Virus record (IMG/VR): IMGVR_UViG_3300025141_013434
Span: 1 to 64,000 of that record
DNA: 64,000 bases
From: a virus
Reading direction: 5' to 3' (one strand)
Part shown: positions 53,701 through 63,069 of the stretch, piece after piece
Layout of the letters: every line of letters begins with the position of its first letter
How positions within the stretch are numbered: position 1 is the stretch's first letter
Position numbers and translations under genes: made by a program
The notes under the pieces: model-generated
The model's database searches: none
Told to the model about the DNA's origin: nothing
The model's input: only the letters and a program-made list of their open reading frames with translations

Positions 53701-53872
53701 TCTCAACAAACTCGGACATAGAGCCAACGGTAACGGGTCTAAGCGAGGGGCCGCGAAGGGAGCGGCCGATGACACAAGGCCCGATGGGATCCGGAACGGC
53801 TGGCAGCTGAGAGTTGTCAATCTCGTTGATGAAAACTCCCGGTGAGACAAATTTAAATCTTCTAACGGACAT
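50768..53872 (-). CDS. tail sheath protein (gp18-like)
   Basis: SPGVFINEID, WFAPAGFTRG, LYENNINPI, GQKTLQ..SALDRINVRRL, KPARAIEFI. Confidence 0.96.
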   Translation of the reverse strand: MSVRRFKFVSPGVFINEIDNSQLPAVPDPIGPCVIGRSLRGPSLRPVTVGSMSEFVEIFGEPVPGGGGTSDVWRDGDRGAPTYAAYAAQAYLRNSSPVTFVRLLGVADPAKVTNGEAGWKTTYSSVGGTPTTSGGALGLFLFSSGSTSAKRYDRRGACAFGNQVITGSRQTTGSLAAVWYFDAGGIALSGSLVGSGSATDKGNGSNIVLASANHPTVASGSVTAVKSTDTEKFEFTGWLWDNTAIGNKEKVVFNFNRNSDNYIRKVFNTNPGLMSTNTISTTARKRYFLGETFERSVYDLHNKTDQFVGGTAGASSLYGVIMPLKKGTVDWSVNQLDTQPGKTGWFISQDITTVSGSAFGPKKQPQKLFRFVTLDDGTWGCTNLKISIKDVKAGNDNDPYGTFTVEVRRLRDKDSAPQVVESYGNCNLNPNSSNYIGIKVGDMYQEWDTAANRYRAYGQYPNQSRFIRVVVDANVDEGATDPQFVPFGFYGPPRFKTATFETKDWQPYPGSGSTANRNPGSSIARTGSLMAAPSTNNYFTNTGVVVSQSSPDHWIFGMDRLTEGKIVFPSLPLRISSSDEGLSDQKNAYWGMSTYRAQASDRFDESVIDIVRGGKGLTNSAQYDAGSLTEDSFVFTLDDLCVNGGTAAFATGSRPFEASTAVYVSGSRALGASYTARRNSWKDLLETGFDRFTSPIFGGIDGLNVKEREPFHGGTSGLGTTGLAFKSNAHAHSIKRAIDSVSDPEVVEINMLSVPGVRAPLITNHVLNTAEDRADCLAVIDPENGGYAPSTENTNDFKTRITNNSVRDAVSKIKKRGLNNSYGCAYFPWVKIYDEINDRRVWVPPSVVAIGTFGSIERNSELWFAPAGFTRGGLSEGSAGLPVLGVSQRLTSKDRDDLYENNINPIATFPAEGIVIFGQKTLQTTKSALDRINVRRLMIYLKKEISIMAARLLFDQNVQSTWNRFRGQVEPFLDGVKARFGLTDYKVILDESTTTPDLVDRNIMYAKIFLKPARAIEFIAIDFVITRTGAAFED

Positions 53873-53961
53873 GTTGAATTCTCCTTAAACGATCACTGTC
53901 GAATGGACACTAATACTTCTTCATAAATAAATAGTATTTAACTAGCCAAAACGCATCGAAT

Positions 53962-53993
53962 AAAAAGGGCCTGCTGGAAAAACCAGCAGGCCC
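53962..53993 (-). terminator. intrinsic terminator after the fibre gene
   Basis: GGGCCTGCTGG-TTTTT-CCAGCAGGCCC followed by TTTTT. Confidence 0.85.
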
Positions 53994-54015
53994 ATGACAG
54001 TTAAAATTTATAATC

Positions 54016-57000
54016 TCAGCTGTTAGTACCGGAACCTGACAAATAAGTCACCGTTAGGACATCATCAGAATCCAATGCAAGGTCATCATGGAGATATACC
54101 TTATATGCATTAGCAGAACCAGTTGACAAATGATAATCTGCACCCGGGGATTGGTTGTCTGGCATATGGGTAATGTGGTCTCCGTGCAAAAGAACACCAT
54201 TCAGGTACACCATCAAACTACCAGACATGGGCTGCGCACCCAGGGAAGCAGTGAGATATGGAGTAGGAACGGCTTTCGATGCAAACATACCACTAGTAGG
54301 CACTGAGCCACTAATGTTTGAACCATCAGCTCGGACGAAAATATCCTTTCTCCAGCCAACACTAAGTCGACCAGAAGTAAAGGTTATACCACCGTTTGCA
54401 TCAGTCTTATTGATAACAATATCTTGATGAAGCTTCGCCTTAGTTACCGCCAAAGAGCCAATTTGTGGCGCGGTAACTGAGCCAGTCTGTATGTTGTCCA
54501 CAGTGACAATAGCAGTACCGTGAAGTGCATCAATGTAGCCAGCGTCGACGTGGAGTTCTGCCCACTGCAAGGCACTAGTACCCAGGTCTCTTGCACTATC
54601 AGTAGACGGGACCAAGTCAGAGTCGAAGCGACCCGTAGCAGTGATAGTGTCCGAAGTAGCATTACCGAGGTCAACATCACCAGTTGCAGACAGTGTAGTA
54701 ACAGTTGCTGCAGCAGCAGTGTTAGCACCAAGGATGCCATCAACATTAGTTGCAGTAACAGTGTCAATGTGACCAGTGTCTATATGAGCTTCAGCAAATT
54801 GCTTTGCAGAAGTACCAAGGTCAACTTTGCTATCGTTCTGAGGCACAAGGTCTGTGATGAGACCACCAACAATGGCGATGTCATCCGCTAGTGCATTACC
54901 AATCATCATACCACCGGAGGCGGTCAATGAAGTTATAGTTACCTGCCCGGCAACAACCTTGTCAGCAGTAGCAGTGTGGAAAGTACCAGACGCACCAGAA
55001 ACTGATGTCGAGCCAACAAGTTTCACACCACTAACTTTACCTGTCGAAATGTGGCCAAGTTCTGCTCTCTTAGCTTGCAAGAGAGAACCAGAAACAGAAC
55101 CAGTAACGCCAAAGCGCATGCCGGCTGTACCAACCGCTGCCATAGTGTCGGAACCAGAAACAAAGCTCGCGCCTGACTGGCCGCCAACGTTGACAAGCAA
55201 TGCGTCACCAGGAGTGGCTGCAACTCTCGTACCCAACGTCAAAGACATGAGAGGAGAAGAACCAGTTCCCTGTACACCGACCTTGCCACCAAGTTGAAAA
55301 CCTGCTCCGACATAGTCGCCTCCCTTAGAACCGGAAACACCCGCAATAATCAAGTTATCCTTGATTTCTAGCGAATCTTTAGTAACGGTTCTGGAAACAA
55401 TCGTATCAACGTCCAAAGACGTGATCTTTGCAAAAGAGGCCGTCAGTGCAGTTGCAACAATCGTGTCAATGTTGCCAGTGTCAATGTGAGCTTCAGCCCA
55501 TTGCTTGGCACTAGTACCCAGGTCTCTCGCACTATCAGTAGACGGAATCAAATCCGAATCAAACTGACCTGTGCAAGTAATGGTATCTGAAGTAGCATTA
55601 CCGAGGTCAACATCGCCAGTTGCACTCAGGGAGGTGACTGTTGCGGCTGCAGCAGTGTTCGCACCAAGAATACCATCAACATTAGTTGCTGTTACTGTAT
55701 CGATATGGCCAGTGTCGATGTGGGCTTCAGCAAATTGCTTTGTAGAAGTACCAAGGTCGACCTTGCTATCGTTCTGGGGAACAAGATCTGTGATCAAGCC
55801 ACCCAAGATTGAAAGGTCGTCAGTGACCGCAGTACCAAGCATTACACCGTTTGAGGCTGTCAAACTATTGACTGTAGCTCCACCGAAGACAGCGTCGTCA
55901 CCAGTAAGATCATGGAAGTTACCAGTTGCACCGGAAACACTGTTTGATCCAACTACGTCATAAACGCTAGCAACAGCATTTGCTGCACCACCAACATAAT
56001 AAGTTGTGCCGCCACCAAGCAAAATCTTGGAAGTAGCATTTCTTACCTGCATGTCTGCATTACGACCACCAAAGATAGCAGTCGAACCAGAGTAGATGGT
56101 AACAGTGTCAGCACTATTATTCGAATCAAAGCGAATGCTGCCGCGGCCATCGCCGTCGATGAAAGCACCAGTGGTGCCAATTGCAACGCCTGATTTACCG
56201 TGACCAATAACACCAACACCACTCTTCACACCCATGGTAAAATAATTTGTACCCGCGATCTTGAAGTTAAGTGCCTGAGCGTCAAGAGCCACAGTACCTC
56301 TGGTGTTACTAGTACCTTTTGATTTAACAGTGAGGATTGGCTTGTCAGGCGTACCTGAGTTGTAAATTACTGATGAGGTAGCACTACCAATAGCCAAACA
56401 AGCGCCGGATAAGTTCGTGCCCGAGTTGTCACCAATGACAAAAGCATATGCGTTATTGGTATTGGTGTCGAAGCCCGACTCACCTTGGCCGTGCGACGAT
56501 GTAATGTTAACGACAGTTGCATAATAATTACCACCGTTATCAACGGTCTTCAATCTAATGCCCAGTTCACCAACTTCACTCTGAATCTGTGCAGCATCAT
56601 CGCTAGCAACGTCATGCCAGAGAGTCATAAAGTGGGTTCCCTTTGCCAGGAACTGGTGACCTGTGGTTTGTGTCGTACTACCTACGTTATATTCTATTTC
56701 CCTATTGGAGCCTGAGCCAATGTTAATCCAACATGGCAGATTGCCGCCGCCGAGACCGCGGGCAATAAGGTTGATGGATGAATTGACTCCACTGCCCGGG
56801 CCATGAGATACAACTCTCAATTCGCCTTGGGCCGGTGACCAAACCTGAACGTTTGATCCCGATACATTTTCTGCTTGAAAAATAAGCTGGCGGCCGTTGC
56901 TGCCCGTCAAATTGTGTCCATCAGTTTTCCAATCAAGCAGGCCACCCAGGGAGCCATTATGATTAAACTGAATTGAGCCTGACGTACCTGCAACAGCGGA

Positions 57001-57234
57001 ACCACTGTTTATGTATGCTTTGAGGTCGCCGGCTTCGATGCCTCTAACCGTATCTGCGCTAGTGTCGTGAAGAGCTACGATATCGCCATCAGCGATAACA
57101 CCACCCCACGCAGGGCCGCCGCCCTCGGTCTTTATAAAGTTTAAGTGACCTATCTCAATCGAACCGGAAGCAATGGCATCTCTTTTAACGCCTCCGGTGG
57201 CGATAAGCCTTGAATCTATCTTTGTTCTTGCCAT
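54016..57234 (-). CDS. fibre/whisker-like structural protein with ~135-aa internal duplication
   Basis: Gly/Ser/Thr-rich; repeated DLVP..DS..DLGTS..Q(F/W)AE.H.D units; C-terminal VYLNGVL...DY...L.VTY domain. Confidence 0.8.
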   Translation of the reverse strand: MARTKIDSRLIATGGVKRDAIASGSIEIGHLNFIKTEGGGPAWGGVIADGDIVALHDTSADTVRGIEAGDLKAYINSGSAVAGTSGSIQFNHNGSLGGLLDWKTDGHNLTGSNGRQLIFQAENVSGSNVQVWSPAQGELRVVSHGPGSGVNSSINLIARGLGGGNLPCWINIGSGSNREIEYNVGSTTQTTGHQFLAKGTHFMTLWHDVASDDAAQIQSEVGELGIRLKTVDNGGNYYATVVNITSSHGQGESGFDTNTNNAYAFVIGDNSGTNLSGACLAIGSATSSVIYNSGTPDKPILTVKSKGTSNTRGTVALDAQALNFKIAGTNYFTMGVKSGVGVIGHGKSGVAIGTTGAFIDGDGRGSIRFDSNNSADTVTIYSGSTAIFGGRNADMQVRNATSKILLGGGTTYYVGGAANAVASVYDVVGSNSVSGATGNFHDLTGDDAVFGGATVNSLTASNGVMLGTAVTDDLSILGGLITDLVPQNDSKVDLGTSTKQFAEAHIDTGHIDTVTATNVDGILGANTAAAATVTSLSATGDVDLGNATSDTITCTGQFDSDLIPSTDSARDLGTSAKQWAEAHIDTGNIDTIVATALTASFAKITSLDVDTIVSRTVTKDSLEIKDNLIIAGVSGSKGGDYVGAGFQLGGKVGVQGTGSSPLMSLTLGTRVAATPGDALLVNVGGQSGASFVSGSDTMAAVGTAGMRFGVTGSVSGSLLQAKRAELGHISTGKVSGVKLVGSTSVSGASGTFHTATADKVVAGQVTITSLTASGGMMIGNALADDIAIVGGLITDLVPQNDSKVDLGTSAKQFAEAHIDTGHIDTVTATNVDGILGANTAAAATVTTLSATGDVDLGNATSDTITATGRFDSDLVPSTDSARDLGTSALQWAELHVDAGYIDALHGTAIVTVDNIQTGSVTAPQIGSLAVTKAKLHQDIVINKTDANGGITFTSGRLSVGWRKDIFVRADGSNISGSVPTSGMFASKAVPTPYLTASLGAQPMSGSLMVYLNGVLLHGDHITHMPDNQSPGADYHLSTGSANAYKVYLHDDLALDSDDVLTVTYLSGSGTNS

Positions 57235-57307
57235 TTTGTATATAATCTCCTGTTGTTGTTGGGGTCATTTTGACCCATTAAGAACAACCTTAAGAAAACA
57301 AAAACTA

Positions 57308-57535
57308 TCAGGAAAACAAAACTTTCTTTAAATTTCTAATATTATTATCAAACTTGCAAAAATCAGAATTAAGGAATTCAACTGAAAGGGAACTGCAAAC
57401 AGAATTGGAATCATCGAATTCGAAATGGAAACGGCCGGTGGAAAGACGATGACACTTCAATATTGATACCCCTTTAAGCTGCAAATAAGCGGCTATACCT
57501 ATATCTGACGTAATGTATCTTTTGTCTTCTGACAC
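57308..57535 (-). CDS. DUF5659-like small phage protein
   Basis: YITSDIGIAAYL..KG...F.FEF. Confidence 0.65.
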   Translation of the reverse strand: MSEDKRYITSDIGIAAYLQLKGVSILKCHRLSTGRFHFEFDDSNSVCSSLSVEFLNSDFCKFDNNIRNLKKVLFS

Positions 57536-57575
57536 CTTCTAAAATCCCCATCTCATCTATTTGTTATACTCTTAC

Positions 57576-58100
57576 TTAACTAGGGTCATTTTTTATGAAG
57601 GCACCTTTTGTTTGATTATCGTTAGGAAAAACCAGAGTATAGCCAGACTCAGGATCTAGAGGAAAAGCGCTTTGAAGTTCTTCCATTTTTTTGTTCAAAG
57701 CGCTTTGAGCTAGCTCTATTTCATCCAAAAGCCTCTCTTTGTCCACCTCATAAGCCTGTAACAGCAAACCCAACGAAGATATTAGTTCTTTTAATCTTGT
57801 CCTTACGGAAATTATAAAATCAATATCCCCTTCTTCTATTTCAAAATATGAATCATCTATCTCGGGCTCGGGTTCGGGCTCGGGTTCTGGTTCGAGATCT
57901 AAATCTCCAGAAATCAGCTTTCCACCTCTTATTACATATTTGGGATTTGAGACCTCTTCGGAAACCTCTTCTTCAACTTCTTCTACTAGAGCCTCTTCGT
58001 CCAAAAGAACGTCCAGGGCCTTGTTGGCCTTGTCGTGCATATCTGGACTTGTCTCCTTGAGGTGTTCTAACAAATTTATTAATTTATCTAACGCTGACAT
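57576..58100 (-). CDS. acidic hypothetical protein with (EP)n linker
   Basis: 174 aa; late motif TATAAATAG at 58131-58139. Confidence 0.7.
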   Translation of the reverse strand: MSALDKLINLLEHLKETSPDMHDKANKALDVLLDEEALVEEVEEEVSEEVSNPKYVIRGGKLISGDLDLEPEPEPEPEPEIDDSYFEIEEGDIDFIISVRTRLKELISSLGLLLQAYEVDKERLLDEIELAQSALNKKMEELQSAFPLDPESGYTLVFPNDNQTKGAFIKNDPS

Positions 58101-58139
58101 ATTATGCTCCTTGAATAAAACAGATTCAAATATAAATAG

Positions 58140-59363
58140 TCAGCTGCCGGCGGTTATAACATAACTAATCAAAAGATTCTCATCACCGCCGGGGGCTTCT
58201 GTGAATGTTATGGTCGTACCGTTATCATCAACAGTATAGTCAAAGTTGACACCAAGGGTCATCAAAAGCCCACCCCTGAAAACCATTTCCGTTCCCACAA
58301 CGAAAGTATGAAGTGTAGTGAAGGACGTCCTAGTGCCATTTGGAGATTGGTTAAATTTTATTCTTGCAACATAATTATCTGTCGTCATCACATTCCCGCC
58401 CGCTTTCGCGCCAGAAGAAGTCGAAGTCGACGGGCCCGCTTTTGCGTTTCCTGCAAACTGAAATCTGGATGGCAACTCTTTTCTTGTCTCCTCTTTTACG
58501 ACTCCTGCAAGACCATAGAACCTTCCCCTTTCGTGCTCGGGGTGATCACCAAAAACAAGCCGTTCTCTGGGAATTTTTATCTCTACAGCATTCTCTCTTA
58601 TGGCGAACTTCGGTTGCTTTTGATTTTTACCATCCCCTATAAGATAAGCTAAAACTTTTATTTGTATTGTAGTTTCCAGCTTTCTTTCCTCGGACGTAAA
58701 CGAAGAAAAGTTATGATTCTGTGTGAAGCCCTCCTGTATAAACCCTTCGTATCTGTGCCCTTCGTTACTTATGAGGATGTAGTTTATAGCGCCGGGGGAT
58801 GTAATAAAAGGAGTTATCAAGTCATTCATCTGCTCTTGAAACTCTGTCCTTACAGTGATCTTATAAGTTAATTCGATATACACCGGCAGGGGTACTGATA
58901 TTGACTCATAGACAATTTTATTATTTTGCATGCCCGGAAAGTTCAATTGTCCGCGCTTTCGCATTGCTGTTCTGTTTGCAAAGTTTGATGTTTTATCTTG
59001 TTTGATTCTTCTGGATATCTGGATTGTTCCGCCTCTTTCGTCTTTGTTTGGCAGAATGTTTGCCCAAAGAGAACCCTTTTTGTTCGGATCCTTAACCATC
59101 TCCGTTCTTTCCAGGGAAACAATCGGCAATATTAGTGTACCGTCCTTGTCTCTAAACGATCTTTCCCTCTTCGAAGAGAGAGATCTTTCGGGAGAAACCC
59201 AAATTACCGGCGATTCTTTGAATCCATCCTTTGTGTCTGTATGTAATTTTAAATCTTTTAAATAATTCAACATTGCCTTATCGACATTCTCTATTGTCGA
59301 GGGCCCGAAGGGGATCGGTTTGTCTTTAAGTGCGCCTGGAGCGGTATCTATAGCAAATGCCAT
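58140..59363 (-). CDS. tail terminator/gp15-like protein, paralog B, with an extra C-terminal beta domain
   Basis: PVIW.SPER...RDKDG.LILP.VSLERT...P.PVY....Y.I. Confidence 0.75.
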   Translation of the reverse strand: MAFAIDTAPGALKDKPIPFGPSTIENVDKAMLNYLKDLKLHTDTKDGFKESPVIWVSPERSLSSKRERSFRDKDGTLILPIVSLERTEMVKDPNKKGSLWANILPNKDERGGTIQISRRIKQDKTSNFANRTAMRKRGQLNFPGMQNNKIVYESISVPLPVYIELTYKITVRTEFQEQMNDLITPFITSPGAINYILISNEGHRYEGFIQEGFTQNHNFSSFTSEERKLETTIQIKVLAYLIGDGKNQKQPKFAIRENAVEIKIPRERLVFGDHPEHERGRFYGLAGVVKEETRKELPSRFQFAGNAKAGPSTSTSSGAKAGGNVMTTDNYVARIKFNQSPNGTRTSFTTLHTFVVGTEMVFRGGLLMTLGVNFDYTVDDNGTTITFTEAPGGDENLLISYVITAGS

Positions 59364-60232
59364 TATTCAATGTCCTCCAGGCCAGGAAGTCCATAGTAAA
59401 TGCCCCTTTCGTGTTCTGCTTTGTCGCCAAATATAATTCTCTCTCTTGGGATCTTTACTTCTACCGCATTTTCCCTCACCACTATATTGGGTTGGTCTTG
59501 GTTTTTACCTTCGCCAATCAAATAACCTAAAACTTCAATAGTAATTTTTGTTTTATATTTCCTTTCTTCTGAGGTGAAGTTCGCGATATTGTTGTCGTAA
59601 TCAAAATTCTCTTGTATGAATCCCTCATATCTATGATTATCCTTACTGTTCAGAAGTACGTAATTTATTCCACCAGGAGTTGTAACGAAGGGCGACACCA
59701 GTTCATTCATCTGTTGTTGGTATTCCGTCGATAGTATTATTTCATATGTGACTGTCACGTAAACAGGAAGAGGTATGGTTACCGTTTCGTACACTATTCT
59801 TTCATTAGCAGTTGGGAAATTTATCTGTCCCCTCTTTTTCTTAGCATGCCTGTTAGCAAAGGCCCCTGTCTTGTCCTGTTTGATTCTCCTAGCCACGGGT
59901 ATAGCTCCACCCTTTGCGTCCCTTACAGGTAGGATATTGGCCCATACAGAACCCTTCTTGGTGGGGGACTTAATCATGCCAGTTCTCTCTACTGTTACAA
60001 TCGGTAAAATGAGAGAACCATCGGGATCTCTTATTGCTTTATCCTCTTTGCTTTGAAATGCCCTTTCTGCGCCAACCCAAACCACGGGCACCTTTTTCCA
60101 TCCCTTACCAGTAGTTGTTCTGAGATCCATTTGATTGTTTAAGTAGTCCAACATAGATTCATCTATGTGTTCTATAGTTGAACTTGGGAAAGACAGCTCT
60201 TTTAGTTTTGCCAATTTCTCTCTAACTGGCAT
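59363..60232 (-). CDS. tail terminator/gp15-like protein, paralog A
   Basis: VPVVWVGAER...RDPDG.LILP.VTVERT; highly similar to 58140..59363. Confidence 0.75.
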   Translation of the reverse strand: MPVREKLAKLKELSFPSSTIEHIDESMLDYLNNQMDLRTTTGKGWKKVPVVWVGAERAFQSKEDKAIRDPDGSLILPIVTVERTGMIKSPTKKGSVWANILPVRDAKGGAIPVARRIKQDKTGAFANRHAKKKRGQINFPTANERIVYETVTIPLPVYVTVTYEIILSTEYQQQMNELVSPFVTTPGGINYVLLNSKDNHRYEGFIQENFDYDNNIANFTSEERKYKTKITIEVLGYLIGEGKNQDQPNIVVRENAVEVKIPRERIIFGDKAEHERGIYYGLPGLEDIE

Positions 60233-60710
60233 CGAATAGGCCCTCTCTGGCCTTTACACACTCAGCCGTTATTTCCATCTTGTGTTGAGCTTGACCAAAA
60301 AGTTGACGTGGTTCGTTTAGTGTTACTATTTCATAATAAACGTCGCCATAAAAAACAAAATCGCCTTCTCTGACAAAGACGTTTTGATCTTCTGTCAGTC
60401 TTCTCTTGTGAAAATGTATGTTTATTTTAGGCTTCCTATCGACGCCCAAGTTCGTTGTCTCTGTTTCATACCCCATCCACTCAACAAGAGCGTAAACTCT
60501 TATTGGGCTCAAAAAAGTCTTATGAATCGCTTCTCCATAGACTGGGTGGTAGTTGGTATGTTCAAGGCTTATCGGGTAATATACGACCTGTTGACCTATA
60601 ACTCTTTCTATAAGTTCATCATTAACTTGTTTGACCAAGTCCCTCTCTTTCTTCCCAAGAAATAGAGGAGGTGGTGGTGCCGCGGGTTGTTTCCATTTGT
60701 TATCAGCCAT
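60222..60710 (-). CDS. neck / head-closure protein (gp14-like)
   Basis: ELIERVIGQQVVYY...VYGEA...VREGDFV.Y...YYEI. Confidence 0.8.
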   Translation of the reverse strand: MADNKWKQPAAPPPPLFLGKKERDLVKQVNDELIERVIGQQVVYYPISLEHTNYHPVYGEAIHKTFLSPIRVYALVEWMGYETETTNLGVDRKPKINIHFHKRRLTEDQNVFVREGDFVFYGDVYYEIVTLNEPRQLFGQAQHKMEITAECVKAREGLFDAS

Positions 60711-60717
60711 GTTTTAT

Positions 60718-62028
60718 TTACCCCACAAAAACATTTAACGGCACTTTTTCTTGAATTGTGTTAGAAGAATCCAAAGTGGCTGCTTGTTGTTCCATCAGCT
60801 TTGGATAAGTCATTTCAGCAAGTGTTGTCTTCAATTCCTCTCTTAGTTTGTCCTGTTCTTCTCTCCCTTGTGAGATCAAATCAGAGCCATTCAAAGTGAC
60901 AGATTCCCCAGGAATAGGAATGCTTTGAAATTTGCTTCTCACCTGACCTAAAATTTCCTTGCACAGAGCCAGTGCAAATCTTCTTATCCATTGTTTGCCG
61001 ATACTATTTATACTACTGTACGGCAAATTTGCAAATGGTAGATTGTTCATATTATTAATACCGTCAACACCAGTTTTACCTGCGCCTTCGTCTTCTTCCC
61101 ATGGTTCAGACTGAACAGAAAACTTAAACCATATTTTGCTCGGATAAGTCGTACCTGGAGGTATTGGGAAAAGTCTCAATTTGTTATTTTTCAATTCGTA
61201 AGACCAGTGAGACATTCTTGTATAAATTGCATCTTCGAATTGCATTGCTTGCAGTTTATTCTGCCAAGAAGGTATTAACTCAAATGTCGAAGTATCAGAA
61301 AATTGACCATAACTGTGGAGATTCCCCACAACGTTCAACCCTCCGTAATATCCGTAGAATCTCCACATGGCCTGGGGTGTTTTATAGTAAACATTCCTAA
61401 CTAGTATCTTTTTATTTTTAACCTTGTTGTGCCAACCCTCTGAAGATTCAGAAAACTTAGATCCACTAAAGATTACTTGCTGAAGATCATAATCTTGAAC
61501 ACCGGTTTTAAGCTGCACTGATGCAGAATACTCTACATTGCCCGGGCCGACGCCAGCCTCTGCCCCAACTCCCTCTGCCACTCTTCTGGCGTACCCGAAG
61601 TTAAACTTTGGAAACTTTAAAGCAGTGTGGGTGCCGGCCAAAGAGGAAGATAACGTCGAGCCTTCGCCTGTGGGCTTAAGATGCCCAAGGTGGTCAAAGG
61701 TGCCGGTTGTTGCCCCTAGATAGGACGGCAGTGCATTGTTTGCCTGATGAATATTCAAAATATATGAGTACTCCAATACCGCCTCTTCATATGCTGAATA
61801 GACGTTTGCTGGATTTAACTCAATATCAAGAACATCACCTCCAAGCTTCCTATACACATAGGTTACTTGATCCACAGCGCCTGAAAGAAAATTAGGATCA
61901 AATAGTGCTGAGTTAGTTGCAGAATAAACGCCATATGGAACGCTTTTATTCACATTTCCCACACTACCCGAAGATGATAAAATACTTTTACTCGTTTTGC
62001 TAGCCGGAGTTAAAACTGGTGTAGCCAT
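60718..62028 (-). CDS. neck / head-tail adaptor protein (gp13-like)
   Basis: RKLGGDVLDIEL, QWIRRFALALCKEILGQVRSKF..IPIPG..VTLNG. Confidence 0.88.
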   Translation of the reverse strand: MATPVLTPASKTSKSILSSSGSVGNVNKSVPYGVYSATNSALFDPNFLSGAVDQVTYVYRKLGGDVLDIELNPANVYSAYEEAVLEYSYILNIHQANNALPSYLGATTGTFDHLGHLKPTGEGSTLSSSLAGTHTALKFPKFNFGYARRVAEGVGAEAGVGPGNVEYSASVQLKTGVQDYDLQQVIFSGSKFSESSEGWHNKVKNKKILVRNVYYKTPQAMWRFYGYYGGLNVVGNLHSYGQFSDTSTFELIPSWQNKLQAMQFEDAIYTRMSHWSYELKNNKLRLFPIPPGTTYPSKIWFKFSVQSEPWEEDEGAGKTGVDGINNMNNLPFANLPYSSINSIGKQWIRRFALALCKEILGQVRSKFQSIPIPGESVTLNGSDLISQGREEQDKLREELKTTLAEMTYPKLMEQQAATLDSSNTIQEKVPLNVFVG

Positions 62029-62095
62029 TCATGAATCCTCCATTACTAAATAATTAGTATTAAACTAGGCAAAACACTAGTACTTAAAAATTACT

Positions 62096-62461
62096 TTATT
62101 CTTTCGTAGTTTTTTCGGTGGCCGCGGGGTTCGTCGTTGGAGTAGATTTCTTTCTCGTTGTCGACCGCTTTCTCGTTGTTTTTTTACGAGTAGGTGCCTT
62201 ACTGGTGGAGGTTTTTTTTAATGCGTTAGGGAGAGGCCTCTTGGGAGACTCGGATTCTACTATCACCTCTGGTTCAGGTTCAGGCTCTACTATCACCTCT
62301 GGTTCAGGTTCAGGCTCTACTATCACCTCTGGTTCAGGTTCAGGTTGTGAGACGATTTCTTCTTTTTCTATATCTTTTTTAGTACCAAACAACGCTTCTC
62401 GTTTAGAAGAAAATTTCTTGGCAAATTTAGCCATTGTTAATCTTTTATTGCGTTTTCCCAT
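62096..62461 (-). CDS. low-complexity protein: basic ends with (EPEPEPEVIV)3 core
   Basis: Start MGKRNK after AGGAG; late motif at 62487-62493. Confidence 0.65.
   Translation of the reverse strand: MGKRNKRLTMAKFAKKFSSKREALFGTKKDIEKEEIVSQPEPEPEVIVEPEPEPEVIVEPEPEPEVIVESESPKRPLPNALKKTSTSKAPTRKKTTRKRSTTRKKSTPTTNPAATEKTTKE
62256..62344. repeat. 3x near-perfect 30-nt tandem repeat
   Basis: tctactatcacctctggttcaggttcaggc x3. Confidence 0.95.
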
Positions 62462-62505
62462 CGAAAACTCCTTTCTGGTTATATAGTAAATAGCAACCAA
62501 AAGAA

Positions 62506-62536
62506 AGAAAAACCCCAAGCAATAAAGCTTGGGGTT
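62506..62536 (-). terminator. intrinsic terminator
   Basis: AACCCCAAGC-N6-GCTTGGGGTT followed by a T-rich run. Confidence 0.75.
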
Positions 62537-62562
62537 AATTCTTTGATAAGGCGAGTTAACTA

Positions 62563-63069
62563 TTAGGTCGGATCTGTGAATACCGCGGATCCGTTCCCGT
62601 TGGCGTCAGCGGTGATTATGATACCATCTAACAACCAAGCGTCGTTTGAAATCTTGACGCATTCAATCCAGGTGCCTATGTTGCCCCCACTGTGATCTAA
62701 GTTGGCGTCTAGTGTGATCCTGCAATCGTTTGTAGCCGGGACGAGTATATTCACAGTATCGCCGCCCGCGCCGTCACCGGTTGCGAGTGTTTCGCCGTAA
62801 ATAACAGATCCAACGAAGTCGTCTCCGCCTGAGTCGGCAGTATCACCTGTAGTGATCGTATAAGCGTTGTTGTTTGCTGCAATTACCACGAACCTATAGA
62901 ACGTTCCGGTTTGAACCGTGCTAAGTTCCGGTAGTGTTACTGCAAGTGCTGAAGTTGAGTTTAACAACAGTGTCTTTCCAGAGTCTCCCTGTGTTAACGT
63001 TGCGTCTGCATCCAGCGTTTTGATATTCTTTCGGGCCCCTTCGTGGGCCGCTCTTCCTATCTTACTCAT
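62563..63069 (-). CDS. putative capsid decoration protein
   Basis: Directly downstream of the major capsid gene; TL...DSGKT..L......VTLP...G..YRF pattern; late motif at 63127-63135. Confidence 0.6.
   Translation of the reverse strand: MSKIGRAAHEGARKNIKTLDADATLTQGDSGKTLLLNSTSALAVTLPELSTVQTGTFYRFVVIAANNNAYTITTGDTADSGGDDFVGSVIYGETLATGDGAGGDTVNILVPATNDCRITLDANLDHSGGNIGTWIECVKISNDAWLLDGIIITADANGNGSAVFTDPT

Noticed and set aside
62256-62344. 30-nt repeats (also the 36-nt repeat at 30301/30391 and the 18-nt repeats at 21170) as a possible CRISPR array
   Set aside because: They are in-frame coding repeats, either tandem with no unique spacers or only two copies; no cas genes are present.
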